DNA from: an uncultured Alphaproteobacteria bacterium
GTDB lineage: Bacteria; Pseudomonadota; Alphaproteobacteria; RF32; CAG-239
Direction: 5' to 3'
Length of the DNA: 64,000 nt
Assembly (NCBI GenBank): GCA_944393215.1
Contig: CALXZL010000002.1
Coordinates: 71,239-135,238, forward strand
Position numbers and translations under genes: made by a program. Below are positions 9,910-19,694 of this stretch, one piece after another (position 1 is the first letter of the stretch; the number at the start of each line of letters is the position of its first letter). The notes below the pieces were generated by a model. The model did not search any database. It was not told the origin of the DNA and saw only the letters and a list, made by a program, of their open reading frames with translations.

Positions 9910-10827
9910 TCAGGCAACCATTTCATCGGGAACAAATTGGAAGCCGCGCAAAAGCTCTTCAATCGACATGGCTTTTTTGCCCTGACGTTGAATTTTGGTG
10001 ATAAAGAGCATACCCTCACCGCAAGCAATTAAAAGGCCGCTGTCATTGGGGATAATTGTTCCGGCGGCATAACCGGAATCCGCCATAAGCGCTTCTGCCT
10101 CATGAACTTTGAAACGCTCGCCTTTATATTCAAAATAGGTGGAAGGAAACGGATTAAAGGCTCTGATTTTGCGTTCCAACACTTCGGCAGATTGAGAAAA
10201 ATCGAGGTGAGTTTCTTCTTTTTCAAGTTTTGCGGCATAACAAGTTTGAGTTTCATCTTGCTTTTGCGGTTTGATAGAAGAATAGTTGCGCAAAGCTTCC
10301 ATAATCAAATCCGCCCCGATTTGAGAAAGCGCATCATGCAGCTCACCTCCGGTCATGGTATCGGTAATTTCAACCTCGCCTTTGAGGAGCATATCACCGG
10401 TATCAAGCCCCTCGTCCATTTGCATAATCGTCACGCCGGACCTTTCATCACCGGCTTCAATCGCACGCTGAATCGGAGCAGCACCGCGCCAACGCGGCAA
10501 TAAAGAAGCATGCGTGTTCAGGCAACCGCAAGGGAAAGCCTCCAAAATTTCTTTAGGCAAAATCAGACCATAAGCAGCAACGACCGCAACATCAGCTTGA
10601 AGATTTTTAAACTTTTGTTGTTCTTCCGTATTGCGCAAAGTCTTGGGCGTGCGCACTTCAATTCCAAGCTCTTCGGCTTTAAGATGTATGGGGGTTTTGC
10701 TTTCTTTTTGCCCGCGTCCGGCTTCTTTGGGTGCGCGCGTATAAACACAAACAACCTCGTGTTCTTTGACCAAGTTTTCCAAAACCGGTACGGCAAAATC
10801 CGGCGTTCCCATAAAAACAACTTTCAT
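9910..10827 (-). CDS. fmt: Methionyl-tRNA formyltransferase
   Basis: MKVVFMGTPDFA, VVAAYGLILP, HASLLPRWRGAAPI, GLDTGD. Confidence 0.96.
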   Translation of the reverse strand: MKVVFMGTPDFAVPVLENLVKEHEVVCVYTRAPKEAGRGQKESKTPIHLKAEELGIEVRTPKTLRNTEEQQKFKNLQADVAVVAAYGLILPKEILEAFPCGCLNTHASLLPRWRGAAPIQRAIEAGDERSGVTIMQMDEGLDTGDMLLKGEVEITDTMTGGELHDALSQIGADLIMEALRNYSSIKPQKQDETQTCYAAKLEKEETHLDFSQSAEVLERKIRAFNPFPSTYFEYKGERFKVHEAEALMADSGYAAGTIIPNDSGLLIACGEGMLFITKIQRQGKKAMSIEELLRGFQFVPDEMVA

Positions 10828-10950
10828 AATCTTCAATCTCCTAATTCAATTTGCTTTATTTTAGAAATTTTCAGCAAATAAGCAAGAAGATTTGGACTTT
10901 TCCTTCACACAAAAATCTGTTATGATAAAACAGAAAAGGAAAAAAAATAA

Positions 10951-12672
10951 ATGGTCAAAGTCTTAAAAACAAATTCGGGCTTTTTTCTGGCATTCAAAGA
11001 CGATGTAACTTTGAGTGATGATGAGATAAAGCAATATAAGCAAAGCAAATATTTTGACACCAAATTATCTCAACCTTTTGAGTTTTATAAGCAGTTTGGA
11101 AAAGCCGATTATGATATAACTAAAATATTGCTAAAAGAATTATCCATAGAAAACCCTACGCAAATATCTCAAATCAATGAATTGGAAGACATCAGCGCTT
11201 TAAGAAAACAAGTGCTTGATATGGCAAGAAAAAGCGGCACACAACCGGTTATGGCGGAATATGAAATCAAAACGTCAGACCTTCCGCCGCAATTTCAAAA
11301 CATGGAGCTTTGTGTTAGGAGAACCCCTGAATTTTATTTTCCCAAATATGATGAACAAACCAAAAACGTTGTTTGTTTTAATGAATTTAATAACAAAACA
11401 AAAATAAACTCAACCAGAGCTGCATTTCATAGCAATCAAAAATATATTGAAGTTTATGACAAAGTATTTTTCTATACACCGGAAATGGCAAGCGCAATAA
11501 ACAAAGTCAAAAATTTCATCGAACAAAATAAAACACGCTTGTCCGTTGAAGAAATATTAAGACGCATTCCGGAAAAAGAACAAACAATCTACGCTTTTTA
11601 TCTCTCTCAAAAACAAGATTATTTAGATGAAAAACAAAAATATTATTCACTTTGCCATGAGTGCAAACACCTTCTGGTTGCAGAAGATTTGAGCAAAGAT
11701 AAAACAAAGGCAAATTATGTAGAGCTTTCACCTGAAAATTTTGCCAAATACAAAGAAGATGATGAAAAAGCGGCGCACCTGCAAGAAACTTATACCGGTA
11801 TCGCTAACTATTTCAAAAGTGGCGGAAAGTTAGATGTTTTTCCAAAAAAATGTGATTGGTTAGTCAAAAAAATCACACCTCTTTCACCGGAAATGCGCGC
11901 TCAAGTTTTGTGCGACCACAATTACCTTGTCAACGGCACCATCCATAATTGGAACAAACAATATGCCCCAACCTATTGGAAACAGCCAAGCGGACAAATT
12001 CCAACAATGACGCTTGATTTTGCCTATGATGCCTCAACTTCTTCTATGGAATACGGAGATGCGGAATATTTAAGACGCAGACAAAAACTTTACACACTGG
12101 ATATATACAATCCGCAAACCGGAAAATATGAGACCAAAGACTTGTCCGGATTTATCAAAATTCCAACCATTATCAGAGAAGAAAACAAAACCCAAATAAG
12201 CACTTACAATGCCGTCATAAAGAGTCGCATTAAAAAATTGACTGAGCTCGGCATCACACCGACTTTGATTAAGAGTTTGAAAGACGGCAACTATCAAGAA
12301 CCGTTCAAATCTCGCGTTAATCTTTATGATATAATGCTAAAAAAGGGAATTTCCTTTCAAACCTTAAATGACAATAAGGAAAAAGTAAACGTTTTTATGC
12401 AAAAATTTTCAACCGATAAAAGAGAAAATTGCTTACGAATTAATGTGAGCAAAGCCGGTAAAAAAGTTTTTGACTTTATTTATGATCAAGACCGCAAAGA
12501 ATATAATTGTTTTAATTATAACAACAATCAAAAATACAGCAATTTGCAAGGAACAAAATTTCCAAACTTGCCGGATTTTGTCATCAAAAGAGTACAAAGA
12601 TATGTCAACGTCGGCATGCAAAATCTGCAACAATACATCAAACAAAAATCCGGTGACGGCAAAGGAAAATAA
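10951..12672 (+). CDS. Hypothetical 573-aa protein with an HExxH motif (possible zinc metallopeptidase)
   Basis: Long ORF; HECKH at 11656-11670 followed about 30 aa later by EDDEKAAH; no signal peptide. Confidence 0.7.
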   Translation: MVKVLKTNSGFFLAFKDDVTLSDDEIKQYKQSKYFDTKLSQPFEFYKQFGKADYDITKILLKELSIENPTQISQINELEDISALRKQVLDMARKSGTQPVMAEYEIKTSDLPPQFQNMELCVRRTPEFYFPKYDEQTKNVVCFNEFNNKTKINSTRAAFHSNQKYIEVYDKVFFYTPEMASAINKVKNFIEQNKTRLSVEEILRRIPEKEQTIYAFYLSQKQDYLDEKQKYYSLCHECKHLLVAEDLSKDKTKANYVELSPENFAKYKEDDEKAAHLQETYTGIANYFKSGGKLDVFPKKCDWLVKKITPLSPEMRAQVLCDHNYLVNGTIHNWNKQYAPTYWKQPSGQIPTMTLDFAYDASTSSMEYGDAEYLRRRQKLYTLDIYNPQTGKYETKDLSGFIKIPTIIREENKTQISTYNAVIKSRIKKLTELGITPTLIKSLKDGNYQEPFKSRVNLYDIMLKKGISFQTLNDNKEKVNVFMQKFSTDKRENCLRINVSKAGKKVFDFIYDQDRKEYNCFNYNNNQKYSNLQGTKFPNLPDFVIKRVQRYVNVGMQNLQQYIKQKSGDGKGK

Positions 12673-12688
12673 ACAAAAAAAACTCATC

Positions 12689-13207
12689 TTATTGATGAGC
12701 CTTTTCTTTACGCATTTTTTCTAATTTTTTTAAGAGCATTTGCCGTTTGAGACGACTGATTCGGTCAATATAGAGAATCCCGTCCAAATGATCCAACTCG
12801 TGCTGCACGGCAATAGCTAAAAATCCTTCCGCCAAAAGCTCTTGCTCTTTGCCGTCATAATCCAGATATTTAACTTTGACCGAGGCAAAGCGTTCTACTT
12901 CCGCCCGTTGTTCGGGAACGGATAAGCAGCCCTCTTCTCCGCAAACTTTTTCTTCCGATTTCCAAATGATTTCGGGATTAACCATGTAATAGGGATTTGG
13001 TTCTTCATCATCATGGGCAATATCAATCACGACCACGCGCTGAGATACACCGACTTGCGGCGCAGCCAAACCCACACCAGCATCTGCGTACATGGTCTCT
13101 AACATATCATCCAAAAACTTGCGCATATCATCATCAACTTTTTCAACCTTCTGCGCCTTTTTCTTCAAAATCGGATGCGGATATTCATATAATTTTAAAA
13201 CAGCCAT
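12689..13207 (-). CDS. def: Peptide deformylase
   Basis: GVGLAAPQ, EGCLS and QHELDH motifs. Confidence 0.97.
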   Translation of the reverse strand: MAVLKLYEYPHPILKKKAQKVEKVDDDMRKFLDDMLETMYADAGVGLAAPQVGVSQRVVVIDIAHDDEEPNPYYMVNPEIIWKSEEKVCGEEGCLSVPEQRAEVERFASVKVKYLDYDGKEQELLAEGFLAIAVQHELDHLDGILYIDRISRLKRQMLLKKLEKMRKEKAHQ

Positions 13208-13262
13208 TTTTTTCCTTTTATTTTATTAACGGTAACCGAAACAATTTTTTACCTCTTTCCAA

Positions 13263-13428
13263 CTTGACGACACCAAATTGCTCTAGCTTCCCGCTCCCTT
13301 CACAAAAATGCAAGAAACGCGGAAGATAGAGTGATTTTAGGAGCAAGAAAAATTTTAGTGTACATAAAGGTACATGAATTTTTCTTGACGACGCCAAATC
13401 GCTCTAGCTTCCCGTTTACTGCATTTTT
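13263..13428. repeat. Palindromic MITE-like element (ERIC/RPE-like architecture) plus a partial copy of one arm
   Basis: Nested arms AAAAATGCA/TGCATTTTT, GGAAG/CTTCC, TAGAG/CTCTA, CAAGAAAAATT/AATTTTTCTTG, TGTAC/GTACA (13304-13428); 31-bp direct repeat 13263-13293 vs 13384-13414 with 2 mismatches. Confidence 0.75.
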
Positions 13429-13909
13429 AGCGTATTTCTTTGGCAATATGATCTAACAAAGCATTCACCATTTTGGGTTCATTCTTGGTAAAGAAGGCAT
13501 AAGCCAAATCAACATATTCTTTAATCAGTACATTAGCATCAACATCTTGGGTATGAGCAAGCTCATAAGCGGCACAAAGGAGCAAAGCACGCAAAGTGCC
13601 GTCAAAACGCTCAAAAGACCAACCTTCTTTAAGATAATGAGCCAAAGATTTTTCAATCTCTTCTTTATGGGTATGCACACCTTTGGTCAACTCGGTGAAA
13701 TAAGCCGTATCCATCGCGCCGACTTCGACCAATTCTTCATGATTGTTACCCTCATCTTCAATCACATAGCGACCGACTTCACCATTGACAAAATCTTTAA
13801 TCACTTCATCGACGGGCAGTTGTCCGTATTCAATCATATAAGTAGCTTGCACGGCTGCCAAACGAGCACCGGATTTCATTTTAATTTTTTCCGAAATAAA
13901 CTTAGCCAT
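13427..13909 (-). CDS. nusB: Transcription antitermination factor NusB
   Basis: ARLAAVQATY, LRALLLCAAYEL, IKEYVDLAYAFF, VNALLD. Confidence 0.9.
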   Translation of the reverse strand: MAKFISEKIKMKSGARLAAVQATYMIEYGQLPVDEVIKDFVNGEVGRYVIEDEGNNHEELVEVGAMDTAYFTELTKGVHTHKEEIEKSLAHYLKEGWSFERFDGTLRALLLCAAYELAHTQDVDANVLIKEYVDLAYAFFTKNEPKMVNALLDHIAKEIR

Positions 13910-14397
13910 TATTCATCATCTCCTTCATCTTGATGTTTGGGTTTGGCAAACTGGTCAATAGTTTCAACAAAATCTTCAAAATCCTTCACTTCACGAAAAT
14001 CTTTATACACCGAAGCAAAGCGAATATAGGCAATGTGATCAAGATTGGAAAGAGCATCCATCACATATTGTCCGATAGTGGTAGAAGGAATTTCGGCTTC
14101 ACCGGAACTCTCCAAACGCCGTTGAATTGAATTGACAATTTTTTCAACACGTTCTTGAGTTACCGGACGTTTTCTGACCGCGATTTGAATAGAGCGAGCC
14201 AATTTATCACGATCAAAAGGTGTTTTTTCACCATTTTTTTTAATAACCGTCAATTCTCTGAGTTGAATACGTTCAAAGGTCGTAAAACGAGAACCGCACT
14301 CCGGACACTCGCGTCGACGGCGAATAGCGGTATTATCATCGGCATTACGAGAATCTTTAACCTGTGTATCTTCACAACCGCAAAACGGACATTTCAT
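13909..14397 (-). CDS. nrdR: Transcriptional repressor NrdR
   Basis: MKCPFCG...DSR...[20 protein letters not shown] cone, AYIRFASVY. Confidence 0.97.
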   Translation of the reverse strand: MKCPFCGCEDTQVKDSRNADDNTAIRRRRECPECGSRFTTFERIQLRELTVIKKNGEKTPFDRDKLARSIQIAVRKRPVTQERVEKIVNSIQRRLESSGEAEIPSTTIGQYVMDALSNLDHIAYIRFASVYKDFREVKDFEDFVETIDQFAKPKHQDEGDDE

Positions 14398-14401
14398 AAC
14401 T

Positions 14402-15736
14402 CTAACTCCTGCCCTGTTTAATCAGAGCTTCGGTAATTTTATACAATTCGGAAGAATATCTTGCTCCTTTTATAAGGACAGTATCATTATTTTGCAAGCA
14501 CTTATTTAATAAAAATTCATCTAAACCGTCTTTATTTTCAAAATAATGCTGTTCAATGGAGGGTGGAAGCTCTGCAAGCATATCCTTCATTTCCGCACAA
14601 ACCCCGATAACCACATCCAAATGAGATTGCGCCGCAACCTTGCCGATTTCAATGTGTTGGGCTTTGGAAGTATCACCGAGTTCTGCCATTTTACCCAAGA
14701 CGGCAATTTTTCGACCTTGCGTTTTCATCTTTGCCAAAGATTGTAATGCAAGTTTCATCGCTTCCGGCTGACCGGAGTAGCTATCATCAATGAGAGTATA
14801 TGTTCCTTTGGCAAATTTGAGTTTCCATTGTTTGCCGCGTCCATCCAAAGCTCCGAAGTCTTTGATGTAAGTTGCCGCTTTTTCAACATCCAAACCCAAT
14901 TCTTTTACCACCGATAAGACACACCAAGCATTGTAGAGATAATGCTCACCTTCGGCAGCCGTTTCAAAAGCCACATCGGGGTGATTATCTTTGCCAAACT
15001 CAATCACTTTGGCACCATGTTCCGATGCCCGTTTTTCCAATATATCGGCAAAATTGGTATCTTCATTGATAAATGCCGCCCCGCCTTTTTTCAGACCTTG
15101 AAAAATTTCGGCTTTAGCTTCGGCAATGCCTTCAAAATTAGGAAAAAATTCAATATGCATCGGATAAACATTGGTCACGATCGCCATATCAGGCTTAACC
15201 CAATCGACCATTTTGGCAATTTCACCTTTGGCACTCATGCCCATTTCAATAATGGCATATTTGGCATTTAAATCCATATTACAGAGCGTATGCGGAACAC
15301 CGACAAAGTTGTTAAAGTTGCCGCTGGTGGCATAAACCGGCGCAAATTTAGATAAGATAAATTTGAGTTCTTCTTTGGTGGTAGTTTTGCCGGCACTTCC
15401 CGTCAGGCCGATAACCGTACCTTTGAACTGAGAACGCACATAAGCCCCGATTTTACCATAAGCTTCTAAAGTATCGGAAACCACAATTTGTCGCACGGCG
15501 GGAATTTCTTTGAACAATTTACTCACGACTACCGCGGCAGCACCTTTGGCAATCACGTCAGGCACGAAGTCATGACCGTCAAATTTTTCACCTTTAATGG
15601 CAATAAACAAATCGCCTTTAACAATGTGGCGACTATCGGTAGAAATATTTTCAATATCCATATCAACAACATTTGATGCCGAACAAACAATCTCGGCAAT
15701 TTTTTTGGTATTTAGTTTTAACATACTTACTCCCAT
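14402..15736 (-). CDS. murF: UDP-MurNAc-tripeptide:D-Ala-D-Ala ligase
   Basis: [46 protein letters not shown]. Confidence 0.92.
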   Translation of the reverse strand: MGVSMLKLNTKKIAEIVCSASNVVDMDIENISTDSRHIVKGDLFIAIKGEKFDGHDFVPDVIAKGAAAVVVSKLFKEIPAVRQIVVSDTLEAYGKIGAYVRSQFKGTVIGLTGSAGKTTTKEELKFILSKFAPVYATSGNFNNFVGVPHTLCNMDLNAKYAIIEMGMSAKGEIAKMVDWVKPDMAIVTNVYPMHIEFFPNFEGIAEAKAEIFQGLKKGGAAFINEDTNFADILEKRASEHGAKVIEFGKDNHPDVAFETAAEGEHYLYNAWCVLSVVKELGLDVEKAATYIKDFGALDGRGKQWKLKFAKGTYTLIDDSYSGQPEAMKLALQSLAKMKTQGRKIAVLGKMAELGDTSKAQHIEIGKVAAQSHLDVVIGVCAEMKDMLAELPPSIEQHYFENKDGLDEFLLNKCLQNNDTVLIKGARYSSELYKITEALIKQGRS

Positions 15737-15864
15737 ACAAAATATAATAAAAGATAAGATAATTTCCTTAAAATTTGGCTAAAAACGACTTGACAAAAAA
15801 AATAAATATGTTAACTGAAAAATTACTGAAATAACCCTATGTTTAATTTTTAAAACTTATAATT

Positions 15865-16533
15865 ATGAAAAGATTCAGTTTTATGGCATTAATTGCCACA
15901 GTTTTGTGTTTGGTCGCTTGCGGTCCGAAGGAAACAATTACGCCGTTAGAAGGCACAAGTGATTACGTAATGTACGGCAAAAGCGATGCTCCCGGCAAGT
16001 ATGGCATCAAAGACATCCAAGGTCTGACTATTACACCCAATGTGTATAGCAGCCTGACCTATGCCGCAGAACACTTCATCGGACAGCTGGACAAAAAATA
16101 TCTGTTGCTCACGCCGGAGAATAAACTGGTCTTCCAAAGTACATCCGCCATTTCATACAATGAAAAGGCACAATATTTTGAGAGCCGGACCGGAGATATT
16201 CTCAGCATCTATTTTCCGCAAGAATACGGAACAATTTCCGGTGCTTTTGAAAATTATAAATTAGATGCTAACGGCAATTTTATGTATCAGGAAAAGGGAA
16301 AATTCGGCGTTTATACCAAAGCAGGAAAATCAATTATTCCGGCACACAATGAAATGTTGTTATTGGACGGTGAACAATACATTGCACTGAATAGCAAGAA
16401 CGCCAAACAGCCGATGCTGAACGACAAGGGAAAAATTGCCAACTGGAGCCGTGTCAAAATCACAGCTTACGCCAAAGACGGCAAAGCGGTAAAAGCTCCA
16501 AGTTTGGCTCAGGTCAAAAAATTGGTAAAATAA
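15865..16533 (+). CDS. Hypothetical lipoprotein with WG-repeat-like beta motifs
   Basis: Lipobox LVAC; GKYGIKD...TPNVY and GKFGVYTKAGKSIIP segments. Confidence 0.7.
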   Translation: MKRFSFMALIATVLCLVACGPKETITPLEGTSDYVMYGKSDAPGKYGIKDIQGLTITPNVYSSLTYAAEHFIGQLDKKYLLLTPENKLVFQSTSAISYNEKAQYFESRTGDILSIYFPQEYGTISGAFENYKLDANGNFMYQEKGKFGVYTKAGKSIIPAHNEMLLLDGEQYIALNSKNAKQPMLNDKGKIANWSRVKITAYAKDGKAVKAPSLAQVKKLVK

Positions 16534-16547
16534 ACTAAAACTACTCA

Positions 16548-16586
16548 AAAAAAGTCTGTAACTCACAAAAGTTACAGACTTTTTTT
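16548..16586. terminator. Bidirectional terminator between the lipoprotein gene and glyA
   Basis: AAAAAAAGTCTGTAACT caca AAAGTTACAGACTTTTTTT. Confidence 0.85.
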
Positions 16587-16593
16587 GTGCCGA

Positions 16594-17856
16594 TTACAAA
16601 TCTTTATAAATCGGATATTGATGACAAAGCGCAATCACTTTTTCACGTATCTGCGGAATAACAATTTCCGAAGTCCCGTTAACAAGAGAATCCATCACAT
16701 CGGCAATCCAATCAGCCACTTGAATAAATTCTTTTTCTTTAAAACCGCGTGTGGTTGCCGCCGGAGAGCCGAGACGGATTCCCGAAGTTACGGTTGGTTT
16801 TTCGGGATCAAACGGAATAGCATTTTTATTGCAGGTCATATGCGCTCTTTCCAAGGCTTGAGCCACAACGTTTCCGGTTAGTTTTTTCGGACGTAAGTCA
16901 ACCAAAATCAGATGAGTATCAGTTCCGCCCGATACCAAATCGAGCCCTCGTTCCTGCAAACGTTTACCAAGAGCTTTGGCGTTTTTAATCACTTGTGCGG
17001 CATAGGCTTTAAATTCGTCGGTTAAGTCTTCTTTAAAGCAAACGGCTTTGGCAGCAATCACATGCATCAAAGGACCGCCCTGTGTTCCGGGGAAGATAGC
17101 CGAGTCAATTTTTTTGGCAATTTCGGGATTATTGGTCAAAATCATACCGCCTCGAGGACCACGAAGCGTTTTATGCGTGGTTGTTGTAACCACATCGGCA
17201 TAGGCAAGAGGATTCGGATGAACACCACCGGCAACCAGACCGGCAAAGTGAGCCATATCGACCATAAGATAAGCCCCTACCCGATTGCAAATTTCGCGAA
17301 AACGCGCAAAATCCACTTGGCGTGGATAAGCCGAACCACCGGCAATAATGAGTTTAGGTTTATTTTCGATTGCCAAACGCTCCACTTGGTCATAGTCAAT
17401 CAAACCGGTGTCTTTTTTCACACCATAAGCAACGGCATTGAGCCATTTTCCTGAGAAGGAAACTTTAGCGCCGTGAGTAAGGTGTCCGCCGGCGTCCAAA
17501 GACATCCCCATAATGGTGTCGTTGGGTTGTAGCAAAGCGACATAAACAGCTGTGTTTGCTTGAGAACCCGAGTGCGGCTGAACATTAACAAATTGGGCAT
17601 TAAAAAGTTTTTTAGCACGATCGATAGCCAAATTTTCCACCACATCAATAAATTCACAACCACCATAATAGCGTTTTGCAGAATAGCCTTCAGCATATTT
17701 ATTGGTGAGAATAGAACCTTGAGCCTCTAAAACAGCGTTAGAAACAATATTTTCAGAAGCAATAAGTTCGATTTGATCTTGTTGGCGTTTAAGCTCATTT
17801 TTAACGGCATTAAAAATATCAGGATCTTCTTGAGCTAAATTTTTTTCAAAATCCAT
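16594..17856 (-). CDS. glyA: Serine hydroxymethyltransferase
   Basis: [34 protein letters not shown]; start set at MDFEK after AGGAG. Confidence 0.97.
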   Translation of the reverse strand: MDFEKNLAQEDPDIFNAVKNELKRQQDQIELIASENIVSNAVLEAQGSILTNKYAEGYSAKRYYGGCEFIDVVENLAIDRAKKLFNAQFVNVQPHSGSQANTAVYVALLQPNDTIMGMSLDAGGHLTHGAKVSFSGKWLNAVAYGVKKDTGLIDYDQVERLAIENKPKLIIAGGSAYPRQVDFARFREICNRVGAYLMVDMAHFAGLVAGGVHPNPLAYADVVTTTTHKTLRGPRGGMILTNNPEIAKKIDSAIFPGTQGGPLMHVIAAKAVCFKEDLTDEFKAYAAQVIKNAKALGKRLQERGLDLVSGGTDTHLILVDLRPKKLTGNVVAQALERAHMTCNKNAIPFDPEKPTVTSGIRLGSPAATTRGFKEKEFIQVADWIADVMDSLVNGTSEIVIPQIREKVIALCHQYPIYKDL

Positions 17857-17869
17857 AATAAAAAAACTC

Positions 17870-18298
17870 CTATAAATCAAGTTTATCGAGACGATTTTGA
17901 TGACGACCACCTTCATAATGTGTATTAAGGAAGATATCAATTCTTCTGATAACATCTTCGGTTTTCATGGTACGACCACCAAACACAATAACATTGGCAT
18001 TATTGTGTTTATGAGCCATTTCGGCAGAAAAATCATCATAGAGGAGAGCCGCGCGGATTCCTTTATGACGATTAGCAGCAATAGAGATTCCGATTCCTGT
18101 ACCGCAAATAAGGATTCCCAAATCGATATGACCATTCAAAATTTCGGCAGTTAATTTATTGGCAATATCGGGATAATCGCAAGATTGGGAAGAGTGAGTT
18201 CCCAAATCTTCAAGATTAATGCCTTGTTTTTGATAATAATCAATGAGGTTTTGTTTGAGTTCAAAGCCGCCATGATCAGAAGCAATAGCAATATTCAT
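17870..18298 (-). CDS. rpiB: Ribose 5-phosphate isomerase B
   Basis: [36 protein letters not shown]; start at MNIAI after GAGGAG. Confidence 0.95.
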   Translation of the reverse strand: MNIAIASDHGGFELKQNLIDYYQKQGINLEDLGTHSSQSCDYPDIANKLTAEILNGHIDLGILICGTGIGISIAANRHKGIRAALLYDDFSAEMAHKHNNANVIVFGGRTMKTEDVIRRIDIFLNTHYEGGRHQNRLDKLDL

Positions 18299-18447
18299 AA
18301 AATTCTCCTCAAAAAAGTTCACATCAATCATAGAGCCAAGAGATAAAAAAAAGCAACAAGAATAAGCATTGTGCAAAATTAAGAGATTGATTTTTAAAGG
18401 AATAAAAAAAATAATCACAAAAAAGCAAAAAAAAATAAAAAAACTTA

Positions 18448-18476
18448 TTGACTAAAGGCGAAAAGATTGTATATAT
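18448..18476 (+). promoter_or_regulatory. Putative sigma70 promoter of the tRNA-Cys/Asn operon
   Basis: TTGACT, then 16-17 nt, then a TATATA/ATATAT box; A-tract UP element upstream. Confidence 0.55.
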
Positions 18477-18522
18477 AGTTTTCGTTGAGTGGATGAGGAA
18501 CTCAAGTTGAGGTATCCAAATT

Positions 18523-18597
18523 GGCCGGTTGGCAGAGTGGCTCATGCAGAGGACTGCAAATCCTTGTACATCGGTTCAATTCCGGTACCGGCCTCCA
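18523..18597 (+). tRNA. tRNA-Cys (GCA)
   Basis: GGCCGGT/ACCGGCC acceptor stem, GAGGA-CTGCAAA-TCCTT anticodon arm, GTTCAAT T-loop, encoded CCA. Confidence 0.95.
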
Positions 18598-18620
18598 AAA
18601 TTCAGTCAATACCGCATTAT

Positions 18621-18695
18621 TCCGGCTTAGCTCAGCGGTAGAGCAATCGGCTGTTAACCGATCGGTCGCCTGTTCGAATCAGGCAGCCGGAGCCA
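18621..18695 (+). tRNA. tRNA-Asn (GTT)
   Basis: TCCGGCT/AGCCGGA acceptor stem, ATCGG-CTGTTAA-CCGAT anticodon arm, GTTCGAAT T-loop, encoded CCA. Confidence 0.96.
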
Positions 18696-18696
18696 T

Positions 18697-18731
18697 AAAA
18701 AAAATCCCTTCCTTGTGAAGGGATTTTTTTT
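18697..18731 (+). terminator. Terminator of the tRNA operon
   Basis: AAAATCCCTTC cttgt GAAGGGATTTTTTTT. Confidence 0.85.
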
Positions 18732-18733
18732 AT

Positions 18734-19004
18734 GCTTTTGGTTGTCTGATAAGAGCGGCGACCGAGGGAGCCTGTTTGATATCAGGCTCGAGGATATAAA
18801 ACACCGTTGCTCCGGTGTTTTATACCGCAAGAGGCGTAGTTTTGTTATTGAGCTAGCAAAGTGTGAGCTTTGCTCTGCGAAATTTACAAAACAAGTGACC
18901 GACGCGCGGTTAATAAGGCACAATGCACCGCCCTGCACAAAGTGAGCATCGCGATTTCAGTGTACAGCAAGAGCGTCGGTCGAACTTTATGGCTCCGGTT
19001 GGCT
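18734..19004. repeat. tRNA-Asn-derived structured element (inverted and direct tRNA fragments plus hairpins)
   Basis: Inverted T-arm/acceptor copy 18734-18765, direct T-arm copy 18770-18787, several hairpins, inverted 3'-end copy 18986-19004. Confidence 0.7.
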
Positions 19005-19010
19005 AATATT

Positions 19011-19199
19011 TTATTTCTGTCTATAGAGATTTACAATGGAAGCAACAACAGCCAAGACAATGCGTTGCCATACCGGTAGAGGAGAAAAAAATTCAACCCC
19101 CAGCATGACCAAATTTAATGTGGCTACAAAAGCCAACATCAAAATTCGAACAACGTAATTTTTCTCAATTGAAATTGAGATAGTGAACGTCTTTTCCAT
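19011..19199 (-). CDS. Small hypothetical membrane protein (62 aa)
   Basis: ATG start, two hydrophobic segments, occupies an otherwise empty gap. Confidence 0.55.
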   Translation of the reverse strand: MEKTFTISISIEKNYVVRILMLAFVATLNLVMLGVEFFSPLPVWQRIVLAVVASIVNLYRQK

Positions 19200-19385
19200 T
19201 TTCTTTTTTTTGATTATTTAACAATAATATTTAATTGCTATAACTTATAGCACTTTTTGTCCAATGTGTCAACTAGCAAATATCATATTTCTTTCAAAAC
19301 TATTTTTTATGATTTATAGATTCGTCAAAATTTTCTTGCCAAAATTCATGATTACGTTTAACTTTGCCGATAAAAGGAGAGGATA

Positions 19386-19694
19386 ATGAAAAAATTTAAT
19401 CGCCAAATTGAAGATTTTACTTGCGAACACTGCGGTCAAAAAGTCCACGGCAACGGCTACACTAACCATTGCCCGAATTGCTTATGGAGCAAACATGTAG
19501 ACATCAACCCCGGCGACCGTGCGGCAGATTGCGGCGGATTGATGGAACCTATTGCGGTTGAAATGAAAAACGGCATTTATATCCTCACTCAAAAATGCAC
19601 AAAATGCGGACATATCCGCCGCAACAAAGTTTGCGATGAAGATAATTTTGATGCCGTTATTGCCCTTTCCAAATCTATGATAAACAAACTATAA
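19386..19694 (+). CDS. RNHCP-domain zinc-binding protein
   Basis: FTCEHCG...TNHCPNCLWSKHVD..PGDRAADCGGLMEP...CTKCG. Confidence 0.88.
   Translation: MKKFNRQIEDFTCEHCGQKVHGNGYTNHCPNCLWSKHVDINPGDRAADCGGLMEPIAVEMKNGIYILTQKCTKCGHIRRNKVCDEDNFDAVIALSKSMINKL

Noticed and set aside
17857-18418. Long N-terminal extensions on glyA and rpiB in the ORF track (also ugd, marC and the oxidoreductase)
   Set aside because: Downstream ATGs have better RBS context and match family starts; the extensions overlap neighbouring genes or promoters
18521-19079. ORFs 18521-18718, 18654-18938, 18715-18945 and 18870-19079
   Set aside because: They overlap tRNAs and the hairpin element, lack an RBS and have no protein-like features
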